A DNA stretch of 27,768 nucleotides, from the IMG/VR virus record IMGVR_UViG_3300032243_000061, positions 1 to 27,768 of that record; one strand, written 5' to 3'. The position numbers and the translations under genes are program-made. This stretch comes from a virus (lineage: Duplodnaviria; Caudoviricetes). Below, piece after piece: positions 1-8,071 of the stretch (the first letter of the stretch is position 1; every line of letters starts with the position of its first letter). Below the pieces are notes generated by a model, which saw only the letters and a list, made by a program, of their open reading frames with translations, searched no databases and was not told the DNA's origin.

Positions 1-2
1 CT

Positions 3-374
3 CTGGCTTCTAAGTTTGGTGTCTCCGATTCTGTCGAATCCGTTGCAAAAGCGATTGCTGGTGATCCACAGGCGGCTCAAAAACTTCAAGAACTGGAGTT
101 AGAGTACGCAAAACTAGATGCCGCCGACAGAGATTCTGCCCGCAAGAACGAACAGGCTTTAGCCACAAGCGAGCACACACCCCTACTCAATAAGTCCGTA
201 ACGCCTATTTTGGCTATTGTGGTAGTGATTGCATGGGGGCTCATCCAGTATCACTTATTGACTCACGTTGTGCCTAATGAGATGCGTGAGATTATCATCC
301 GTGTATTGGGTACATTAGATGGCGCGTTAGTTATGGTATTAAGCTACTATTTTGGTGCAAGTCACAAACACTAA
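3..374 (+). CDS. Holin-like membrane protein (5' truncated by window edge)
   Basis: Frame 3 is open from the window edge to TAA at 372-374 and is absent from the ORF track: LASKFG...DRDSARK...VTPILAIVVVIAWGLIQY...IIIRVLGTLDGALVMVLSYYFGASHKH. It has two hydrophobic segments and a terminal YYFG(A/S)S motif typical of phage holin-like proteins, and sits directly upstream of the endolysin. Confidence 0.7.
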   Translation: MASKFGVSDSVESVAKAIAGDPQAAQKLQELELEYAKLDAADRDSARKNEQALATSEHTPLLNKSVTPILAIVVVIAWGLIQYHLLTHVVPNEMREIIIRVLGTLDGALVMVLSYYFGASHKH

Positions 375-375
375 C

Positions 376-828
376 ATGCAGCTCTCAGAACACTTCACCC
401 TAGAAGAAGCCACGTATAGCGAGACTGCTATACGCATGGGGATCAACAACCAGCCCGATGAACGCCAACTGGCAAACATGAAAGCGGCGGCAGGGCATTT
501 GGAGGAGGTGCGTAATGTCACAGGCGCTCTTCGTGTTAATTCTTGGCTACGCTTGCCCGATGTTAATGTGGCTGTTGGTGGCTCTAAAGTATCCAGTCAC
601 ATGGACGGGTGGGCTATTGATTGCTCTTCTTCTGCTCATACTCCTTACGAACTATGTCAGCTTGTTTTGAAGGCAGGAATTAAGTTTGACCAGATGATTC
701 ACGAGTATGGTCGGTGGATGCACATATCCTTTGCGCCTGAGATGCGTCAGCAAGAGTTGACAATCTTTAAGCCAGAGGGAAAATACAAGTCAGGCATCTG
801 GACAGAAGCCCAATACCATACAAAGTAA
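376..828 (+). CDS. Endolysin, peptidase M15A family (Zn D-Ala-D-Ala-type peptidase)
   Basis: Start MQLSEHFTLEE at ATG 376, 1 nt after the holin stop (preferred over TTG 352). Motifs NSWLR..N..VGG, SSHMDGWAID (SxHxxGxAxD) and WMHIS supply the Zn ligands H, D, H. Confidence 0.88.
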   Translation: MQLSEHFTLEEATYSETAIRMGINNQPDERQLANMKAAAGHLEEVRNVTGALRVNSWLRLPDVNVAVGGSKVSSHMDGWAIDCSSSAHTPYELCQLVLKAGIKFDQMIHEYGRWMHISFAPEMRQQELTIFKPEGKYKSGIWTEAQYHTK

Positions 829-829
829 T

Positions 830-2941
830 ATGCCATTACAAAAAATACAACTAAAGCCCGGCGTTAATCGTGAAAACACGCGCTATACAAATGAAGGTGG
901 TTGGTATGAATCTGACAAGGTACGTTTTCGTCAAGGCACGCCTGAGAAAATTGGTGGGTGGCAACGCATTTCTTCTGCTACTTTTTTGGGTGTCTGTCGT
1001 TCTTTGTGGAACTGGATTACGCTGGCTTCTTTGAATCTGCTGGGAGTAGGCACTAACTTAAAGTTCTACATCGAGAGTGGCGGTGCTTATAACGACATCA
1101 CGCCGACACGAGTAACTAACACCCTAACCAACCCGTTTACTACGGCTACATCCACTAACACCGGAACAACCACAAAAGTCACAGTAGCCGATGCTAATGG
1201 CGGTTTTATTAACAATGACTACGTCACGTACTATATTCCGGGGGCGGCATCCGTTACGTTTAACGGAATCACTATTACAAGTAACACCCAATATCAGCTT
1301 ACCTATGTGAGTGCTACTACATACACCATATCCGTTACAGGTACAGCCAGCGCTAGTTCTGCTGGTGGTGGAACAATTTACGCAGTCTATCAAGTTAATA
1401 CTGGCCCTTCTTACAGCGTGCCGTTAACGGGTTGGGGGTCTAGCACTTGGGGGTCAGGTTCTTGGGGTATTGGCACCACAACAACAGACGCGCTTCGCAT
1501 ATGGAACCAAATAAATTGGGGGCAGAACCTGCTGTACGGACCTCGCGGCGCACCACTATATTACTGGGACGCTATACAAGGCGTAACTGGGCAGGGAGTG
1601 ACTATGACAATTGCTACCCCTTGCGTGGTGACTTCTGCTGTGGCTTTCTCTGACGGCACACCTATTACGCTTTCTACAACGGGGTGGTTACCGACGGGAT
1701 TAGTTCCGGGCGTTACTTACTACACCAAGTATATTTCAACCTATACATTTAACCTTGCGGCTACATCAGGTGGGGCATCCATAAACACAACTGGTACGCA
1801 AAGTGGTACACAAAGAATAGCCCAGCGTGGAGTATTGCTGTCTTCCTTAACAGGCTCGGATGGCTACACCCCACTATTTCAAAATACATTTACTGTGTCA
1901 GATGCTAGCCGGTTTGTGCTTGTCTTTGGTACAAATGACTACGGAAGCACTGTTCTTGACCCCATGCTGATCCGTTGGTCAGACCAAGAATCTTTGACTA
2001 CATGGTATCCCGCAATCACCAACCAAGCAGGCAGTGTGCGGTTATCTCATGGCTCCAAGATAGTTACCACTGTGCAAAGTCGTCAGGAGATTTTGGTTTA
2101 TACAGACCAATCAGTTTATTCTTTGCAGTACCTTGGACCTCCATTTGTGTGGGGGACTCAGCTTCTTGGTGACAACGTATCAATTGCGGGACCAAATGCC
2201 GCAACGCTTGCATCCGGAGTTACCTATTGGATGGGCGTAGATAAATTCTATAAGTACGACGGACGGATTCAAACTTTGCGTTGCGACCTGCGCCAGTTTA
2301 TTTATAGCGACATCAACCCCCAACAATACGACCAAGTATTTGCCAGCACCAATGAAGGTTTTAATGAGGTGTGGTTCTTCTATTGTTCTGAAACTTCTAC
2401 GACAGTAGACAGGTATGTGGTGTATAACTACTTTGAAGATGTCTGGTACTACGGCACAATGGCTAGAACCGCATGGCTTGATACTGGGCTGCGCAACTAC
2501 CCGTTGGCGGCAACATACAGCTACAACGTCGTCAACCAAGAATACGGCGTTGATGACAACGAGACAGGTACAACTCTGCCTATAGAGGCGTCCATAACAT
2601 CCGCCCAGTTTGATATTGGGGATGGGCATAACTTTGCGTTTGTCTATCGCATGATTCCTGATATGACATTCCGTGGCTCTACAAGCGGTACGACTCCCCA
2701 AGTAACTATGTATTTGCAAGGGCTAAACAACTCTGGTTCTGGCATAACGCAGACAGGTAACGCTAATGTGACTTACTCAGGGTCAGCTCCCGCCGTTATT
2801 AACGTAGATCAATTTACAGGTCAGTTGTATATTCGTGTGCGTGGGCGTCAAATGCAGATGAAGATTACCTCTAACAGTATTGGTGTGCAGTGGCAACTTG
2901 GCGCTCCTCGTATCGACATCAGACCGGACGGACGTAGATGA
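830..2941 (+). CDS. Tail hub / packaged-DNA stabilization protein (P22 gp10-like, tail tubular B-like)
   Basis: 703-aa beta-rich protein. It has the N-terminus MPLQKIQLKPGVNRE...GWY..DKVRFRQG.PEKIGGW, internal IRWSDQE and WYYGTMARTAW, and C-terminal R.RGRQ...WQLG.PRIDIRPDGRR. It lies upstream of internal virion genes, as in podoviruses. Thr-rich inserted domains lie at about aa 95-190 and 255-330. Confidence 0.7.
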   Translation: MPLQKIQLKPGVNRENTRYTNEGGWYESDKVRFRQGTPEKIGGWQRISSATFLGVCRSLWNWITLASLNLLGVGTNLKFYIESGGAYNDITPTRVTNTLTNPFTTATSTNTGTTTKVTVADANGGFINNDYVTYYIPGAASVTFNGITITSNTQYQLTYVSATTYTISVTGTASASSAGGGTIYAVYQVNTGPSYSVPLTGWGSSTWGSGSWGIGTTTTDALRIWNQINWGQNLLYGPRGAPLYYWDAIQGVTGQGVTMTIATPCVVTSAVAFSDGTPITLSTTGWLPTGLVPGVTYYTKYISTYTFNLAATSGGASINTTGTQSGTQRIAQRGVLLSSLTGSDGYTPLFQNTFTVSDASRFVLVFGTNDYGSTVLDPMLIRWSDQESLTTWYPAITNQAGSVRLSHGSKIVTTVQSRQEILVYTDQSVYSLQYLGPPFVWGTQLLGDNVSIAGPNAATLASGVTYWMGVDKFYKYDGRIQTLRCDLRQFIYSDINPQQYDQVFASTNEGFNEVWFFYCSETSTTVDRYVVYNYFEDVWYYGTMARTAWLDTGLRNYPLAATYSYNVVNQEYGVDDNETGTTLPIEASITSAQFDIGDGHNFAFVYRMIPDMTFRGSTSGTTPQVTMYLQGLNNSGSGITQTGNANVTYSGSAPAVINVDQFTGQLYIRVRGRQMQMKITSNSIGVQWQLGAPRIDIRPDGRR

Positions 2942-3288
2942 GTTATATCGTCACATCAAAATTTGAACTCAACCGCGCAGTTCAACCGCGCCTACCTGCG
3001 GCTACGCTTGAGTACGATATTAACTACATAAACCAGTTAAACAACGTTTTGCGGTTGTATTTCAACCAGATTGACAATATCTTAGGCCAACTTAGTACGG
3101 CTAGTGGAGTAATCCCAGCGCTTACTGTGTATACAGTAGCTACGCTACCCAGCGCGGCAACTTCTGGTGTGGGGGCTAGAGCCTTTGTATCGGACGCTTT
3201 GGCTCCCGCATTTGGCTCAACGGTAGTTACTGGAGGCGCTGTAAAGGTGCCTGTTTATTCCGACGGAACTGTTTGGAAAGTTGGGTGA
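2938..3288 (+). CDS. Hypothetical virion/tail-associated protein
   Basis: Start overlaps the stop of the previous gene by 4 nt. N-terminal PRLPAA..EYD..Y..QLNNVLRLYFNQID helix; C-terminal YTVATLPSA...GARAFVSDA...PVYSDGTVWKVG module of the kind seen in phage tail proteins. Confidence 0.7.
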   Translation: MSYIVTSKFELNRAVQPRLPAATLEYDINYINQLNNVLRLYFNQIDNILGQLSTASGVIPALTVYTVATLPSAATSGVGARAFVSDALAPAFGSTVVTGGAVKVPVYSDGTVWKVG

Positions 3289-3291
3289 ACA

Positions 3292-3300
3292 TGATAAACT
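3292..3300 (+). promoter_or_regulatory. Possible extended -10 promoter element (TGnTAAACT)
   Basis: TGATAAACT lies in the only sizeable + arm intergenic gap (3289-3328), upstream of SD GAGG and ATG 3329. There is no convincing -35. Confidence 0.25.
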
Positions 3301-3328
3301 CGATTAACCCCCTATTTATGAGGCAAAA

Positions 3329-5185
3329 ATGAGCCTACAACTTGCTGCCCAACATATAGCCCACAAAGGTCGTGGACCTGACACTACGCTTGTCCACATG
3401 TCCCGTGATGAGGTAAAGAGCCTTAACGACTTGGCTATGGCACATGGGGGTCAACTAACAATAAACCCTGAGACTGGCCTGCCCGAAGCGGGCTTCTTAT
3501 CTGCTATCTTACCTTTAGTGGCGGGTGCGGCTTTGGCTTCTACTGGCGTTGGCGCTCCTATGGCTGCAATGATGGTTGGTGGTGGTAGCTATTTAATGAA
3601 CCCAAACAAAGGATTAATGGGCGCTTTGTCCGCAGGTATGGGTGCGTATGGTGGATACGGTCTAGGAGAAGGTTTGACAAGTTTAGGTGCTAATTCAGAA
3701 GCAGGGCTTACATCAACTGGTGCTTCTACCGACTACGCTGCACAGAACGCCGAAACTATAAAGAATGCACAAGCGTTCGAGCAGGCAAAACTGGCACAGA
3801 ACGCCGAGGCTGTTAAAGCCGCGCAAGCACAAACAGACTTATATTCAGATTTTGGCCCTAGAGGGGAGTTTACAAACGCAAGCGCGCCACTGCCTACTAG
3901 CCCCGGCGGTATGGAAGTCGCAGCTTCAACTCCTGCTCGACCCCCTATTGGCGCTGACTATGAGCAAGTAATACCAAAAGATAGCCTGCTTCGAAACCCA
4001 CTGACTGAAAACCAACTCGGGCAATCAGCTACTGGGTTTGATACGATGAAAAGAGGCGCTCAGTCTTTAGTTGATAACCCAACAGGAGATAAGCTTAAGA
4101 CATTGGGTGGTGGAAGTTACATGGGGCTTGCCCAAAAAGGTCTAGCGGCGGCGGCTCCTGCACTAGCTCAACCAGCAAAATTTAATATGCCTGCGGCTAC
4201 TAGCCAAGCACCTATTGCACCACGATATAAATTTAGTCCCGGAATGGCAACGCCGACTCCAGCGGCTGGTATTACTGGTACAGAAAATACATACTTTAGG
4301 CCTAAATACAGTGCAATTAGTGCAGATGAGGCTAGAAATATTTATGGTTTTGCAAGCGGTGGCACAACTTATGACCCTAAAACTCAACGGTATACAAATA
4401 CAGGCGGGATTGCCGACGCATACAGACCAGAAAATACTGATGTAAATTTTTATAACGATAGCCCCGGCCCCGGTGCGGGCGGCGGCCCTGCCGCTGCTTC
4501 TGATTCTTCAAGTTCTACTGGTTCTCCGACAGGTTCAACAATGGGAGATATTGGCTACGCCATATCTAATCAATCTATTTCTCCAGTGGCAGCGGCGATT
4601 GCTTCTGCTGTGATGGATGCAACTTCACCCACTAGCGTAACTTCTGTTAACGCTACGAATGGTATGGATGTAGCAAGTGACCAAGCTACCGCTACTGGAG
4701 CAAGTTCTGCCGCTGGTGCCGCTGGCCCTGCTGGTGAAAGCTCTAATGGCATGGGTAGTGATACTGCTGGCGAAGGAAGCTCTTCTAGTGATGGTGGTAG
4801 CAGCTCTAGTGGTGGTGGCGATGGTGGTGAAGCCCGTGGTGGTTTGTCTCCGTTATTTAAACATCACATGGCAACAGGAGGACTATCTAATGCTCGTTAC
4901 AACCTTGGTGGCTATTCTGATGGTGGACGTCTTCTTCGTGGGCCCGGTGATGGCGTTTCTGACTCTATTCCCGCAGTAATTGGTAAAAAACAACCTGCAC
5001 GTTTGGCTGACGGTGAATTTGTAGTGCCTGCACGTATCGTTTCTGAAATCGGCAACGGCTCAACTGAGGCTGGCGCACGCAAACTCTATGCAATGATGGA
5101 CAGAATTCAAGCCGCCCGTAGTAAGACTGTGGGTAAAGGCAAAGTTGCAAAGAATACCCGTGCAGATAAGTATCTGCCAGCATGA
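3329..5185 (+). CDS. Internal virion / DNA-ejection-type protein
   Basis: 618 aa. N-terminal GRGPDT.LVHM...GG.LTINPETGLPEA, a Gly/Ala hydrophobic stretch, a Ser/Gly low-complexity tract, and a C-terminal GG.LRGPGDGVSDSIPA...ARLADGEFVVPA module resembling the GPG.G.SDSIPA.LS.GEFV motif of tape-measure/injection proteins. SD GAGG. Confidence 0.65.
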   Translation: MSLQLAAQHIAHKGRGPDTTLVHMSRDEVKSLNDLAMAHGGQLTINPETGLPEAGFLSAILPLVAGAALASTGVGAPMAAMMVGGGSYLMNPNKGLMGALSAGMGAYGGYGLGEGLTSLGANSEAGLTSTGASTDYAAQNAETIKNAQAFEQAKLAQNAEAVKAAQAQTDLYSDFGPRGEFTNASAPLPTSPGGMEVAASTPARPPIGADYEQVIPKDSLLRNPLTENQLGQSATGFDTMKRGAQSLVDNPTGDKLKTLGGGSYMGLAQKGLAAAAPALAQPAKFNMPAATSQAPIAPRYKFSPGMATPTPAAGITGTENTYFRPKYSAISADEARNIYGFASGGTTYDPKTQRYTNTGGIADAYRPENTDVNFYNDSPGPGAGGGPAAASDSSSSTGSPTGSTMGDIGYAISNQSISPVAAAIASAVMDATSPTSVTSVNATNGMDVASDQATATGASSAAGAAGPAGESSNGMGSDTAGEGSSSSDGGSSSSGGGDGGEARGGLSPLFKHHMATGGLSNARYNLGGYSDGGRLLRGPGDGVSDSIPAVIGKKQPARLADGEFVVPARIVSEIGNGSTEAGARKLYAMMDRIQAARSKTVGKGKVAKNTRADKYLPA

Positions 5186-5640
5186 CAACAACTTATCACT
5201 CTGAAGACCCCGCCGAGTTTATTGAGGCACTAAGAGGAATCCTGCCTGAACACTACGAAGAGTTATGTGTTACCAAGGATTTCCCCCTACTGCCAGACTA
5301 TGAAGCATATGGTCGTCTACAGGTTGCGGGGATGTTGCGCTGTATAACGGTTAGAGAGGATAATGCGCTTATTGGTTACGCTATATTTATAGTGCAACCT
5401 CATTTGCATTACAAGTCATGTAAGACGGCGTTTGAGGATATTTACTTTTTAAAGAAGGAATACCGCAAGGGTCGCTTAGGAATCCGTCTTTTCCAGTTTG
5501 CCCAAGACGAGCTCAAAAAAGAAGGTGTGAATCGCATAATCGTGCATACAAAAATTCACATGGATAATTCGCGTTTGTTTGAATACCTTGGTTATAAGTT
5601 GACCGATAAGTTATTCACAAAAATCTTGGAGCAGTCATGA
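5182..5640 (+). CDS. GNAT-family acetyltransferase
   Basis: 152 aa with LIGYAIF strand and EDIYFLKKEYRKGRLGIRLF (acyl-CoA-binding motif A), plus LFEYLGY (motif B). ATGA overlaps on both sides. Confidence 0.85.
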   Translation: MTTTYHSEDPAEFIEALRGILPEHYEELCVTKDFPLLPDYEAYGRLQVAGMLRCITVREDNALIGYAIFIVQPHLHYKSCKTAFEDIYFLKKEYRKGRLGIRLFQFAQDELKKEGVNRIIVHTKIHMDNSRLFEYLGYKLTDKLFTKILEQS

Positions 5641-8069
5641 GCTATTCACGTCGTCAATTAGAAGCACTCGGGGAACCGTTTGGTGACTCCGCAACCTATC
5701 GCAAAGCTGACGGTGGTTTAATCCTTGGGGGTGGTGGTTCTTCTTCGCCAGCACCTGCGTCATCTACTACGCAAACCCAAGACTTACCTGACTGGGCAAA
5801 AGGTCCTGCACAAGAGGTATTAAATAAAGGCCAAGCATTAACCGATACAAGCCAGAACCCATACCAAGCCTATGGTGGTAATCGGATTGCCGGGTTTACC
5901 CCAATGCAGCAACAAGCGCAACAAGGTGCTGCAAACATGCAAACTGCACCTCAGATTGGTCAAGCTACTGCCGCATCAGTTGGCGCAGGTCTTGGTGGGT
6001 TTGACGTAGCTAATCAGGCATCTACAGGCGGATTCCAGAACCAAGTTGGCGGGTACATGAACCCGTACATGAACCAGATTTTGGCTCCTCAGTTAGCCGA
6101 AGCTAATCGCAACTATGACATTAGTGGTGTAAACCAGCAGGCTAAAGCTACTCAAGCAGGGGCGTTCGGGGGTTCCCGTGGTGCAATCATGGCTGCGGAG
6201 AACGAGCGTAACCGTAATATGGGACTAAACCAGATTTATGGTCAGGGCCTAAATACAGCTTTTAGCAACGCACAAAATCAATACAACCAAAACTTGCAGA
6301 ACCAACTTGCAGGTTATGGCATGGTTAATCAAGCTGCCGGTCAATTAGGTAACTTAGGGACAAGTCAATACCAGCAAAACATGGGTATTAACCAACTGCA
6401 AAATCAGTATGGTGCGCAACAGCAAGCACAAGAGCAACGAGGTTTGGATGTTGGATATCAAGACTTCCTCACACAGAAGAATTACCCATACCAACAGCTC
6501 AGCTTCATGTCCAATTTGATTCGTGGCACGCCTATGGGTATGAATCAACAGTCTCAAGTCTATCAAGCTCCTCCAAGCACTGCACAAACTTTGGGTGCAT
6601 TAGGTCTCGGTGCTTACGGTGCAAGCAAGTTGTTTGCAGAGGGTGGTTCGGTAAAAACTTACGCAGGCGACCAAGGTTCAGTAACTAGCGAAGACAATGT
6701 CAGAAGCATCTCTAAATTCCTACCAGCAAACCAACTCCCTGCTTCTTATCAGATGGCGGCGGCTCGTGGAGACATGGATGCTGAAATTGCTCTGCAAAAG
6801 CAAATGGCGGAGAACAAACGCCTATCAGAGAACGCTACTATCAACCGTGGCTTAGGCAGCGCATTTAACGCGTTGCCTCCTGAGACCCAAGACGGTGTAG
6901 TCCGCGCCGCTGGTGGTGGTATTTTGGCTTTTCAAGACAGGGGGTTAGTTCCCTCAACCGATGCTGAAGATGAAGATGAAAGATTAACAGCTGATGATCG
7001 GGAAAGTTCACTTGGCTACACCGGTACCCCTTCACAACAGGCTATGGCGCAAGGTTTGCTATCTTCGCAGGCAAGGCTAATGAATAGCCCACAGTATGAC
7101 CCACTAACCCGTGCGGGTAGACTTTCTGCACAAAAGCGGTCTTTTAACGAACTAAAAGAAATGGCTGGCCCTGATCCTTATGGCGCGCTCGAGAATCAAT
7201 TAGCAGGGGATAAAGAAACTAGCGCTAAAGTTCTAGAACAAAACAAAGGTCTTGCTGCTTTACAGGCAATACCAGCCATTCTCCAAGGTAACAATGCAGC
7301 TCGTGGTTTTGGTGCTGGCGCAGGAATGCTTGGTGCTGGGCTTGGTAAAGCGGCTGAGGCCGACCGCGCTGAAAAACGCTATATTGGTCAGATGCAGTTC
7401 CATTTGGCTGATGCCAAGCGCAAGGAAAACATGGGTCTGTACGGCGAAGCCCGCAAGGATGTGCAAGATGCCGAGGTTGCAAGACTCAACGCAGTTAAAG
7501 AAGCTCGTGCTCGTGAAGCCGCAGTCGGTACTAACTTTGCTAAAGGTATTCAAGCCATGCGTGCCCCTGCTGGTAGTGCTGGCTCAGGTAAAATTGCGCC
7601 TCAAACCGAGGCATACCAGACTTACTATAAGTACTTTAAAGATTTGTACCCAGATCAGTCCGATACAGTGATTGGCAAAATGGCTATGGATAAAGCGCTT
7701 GAGATGAAAGCTCCGGGTTTACCCGGTGTTACTGCTCGCACCGAGGCTACTGCAGACGAGAAAGCCCGCGAGCGTACAGCCAAGCGCTTGCTTGTGGATA
7801 CCGCATATAACGAGGCTCAGCGTAAAAAAGATAAAACTGGTATGGATACCCGCCGTGCAGAGATTCTGGCGGAAGAGCAAAAAGGTACTCCTGCACCTTA
7901 CGAAATACCTCAGCCTCCACCCCCACCTGCAAAAGGCGGTGCTCCGAAAGGCGGTGCTCCAAAAGCGGGCGCGGCGATTACACCCGAAGCGTTTAATGAA
8001 AAATGGGCAACACTTAAACAAGGACAATCACTAGTCGGACCTAATGGCGTAACCTATACTAAGCAGTAA
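5637..8069 (+). CDS. Internal virion / DNA transfer (ejection) protein
   Basis: 810 aa. A short leader precedes GGGGSS; motifs LPDWAK, PYQAYGGNRIAGFTPMQQQA, YMNPY, AGAFGGSR and YQDFL.Q..YPYQQL; Gln/Ala/Gly-rich; directly follows the GNAT gene. Confidence 0.65.
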   Translation: MSYSRRQLEALGEPFGDSATYRKADGGLILGGGGSSSPAPASSTTQTQDLPDWAKGPAQEVLNKGQALTDTSQNPYQAYGGNRIAGFTPMQQQAQQGAANMQTAPQIGQATAASVGAGLGGFDVANQASTGGFQNQVGGYMNPYMNQILAPQLAEANRNYDISGVNQQAKATQAGAFGGSRGAIMAAENERNRNMGLNQIYGQGLNTAFSNAQNQYNQNLQNQLAGYGMVNQAAGQLGNLGTSQYQQNMGINQLQNQYGAQQQAQEQRGLDVGYQDFLTQKNYPYQQLSFMSNLIRGTPMGMNQQSQVYQAPPSTAQTLGALGLGAYGASKLFAEGGSVKTYAGDQGSVTSEDNVRSISKFLPANQLPASYQMAAARGDMDAEIALQKQMAENKRLSENATINRGLGSAFNALPPETQDGVVRAAGGGILAFQDRGLVPSTDAEDEDERLTADDRESSLGYTGTPSQQAMAQGLLSSQARLMNSPQYDPLTRAGRLSAQKRSFNELKEMAGPDPYGALENQLAGDKETSAKVLEQNKGLAALQAIPAILQGNNAARGFGAGAGMLGAGLGKAAEADRAEKRYIGQMQFHLADAKRKENMGLYGEARKDVQDAEVARLNAVKEARAREAAVGTNFAKGIQAMRAPAGSAGSGKIAPQTEAYQTYYKYFKDLYPDQSDTVIGKMAMDKALEMKAPGLPGVTARTEATADEKARERTAKRLLVDTAYNEAQRKKDKTGMDTRRAEILAEEQKGTPAPYEIPQPPPPPAKGGAPKGGAPKAGAAITPEAFNEKWATLKQGQSLVGPNGVTYTKQ

Positions 8070-8071
8070 TC

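Noticed and set aside
4455-4845. Ser/Gly/Ala low-complexity tract as a DNA repeat array
   Set aside because: GGT/GCT/TCT richness reflects amino-acid composition in frame, with no regular nucleotide unit.
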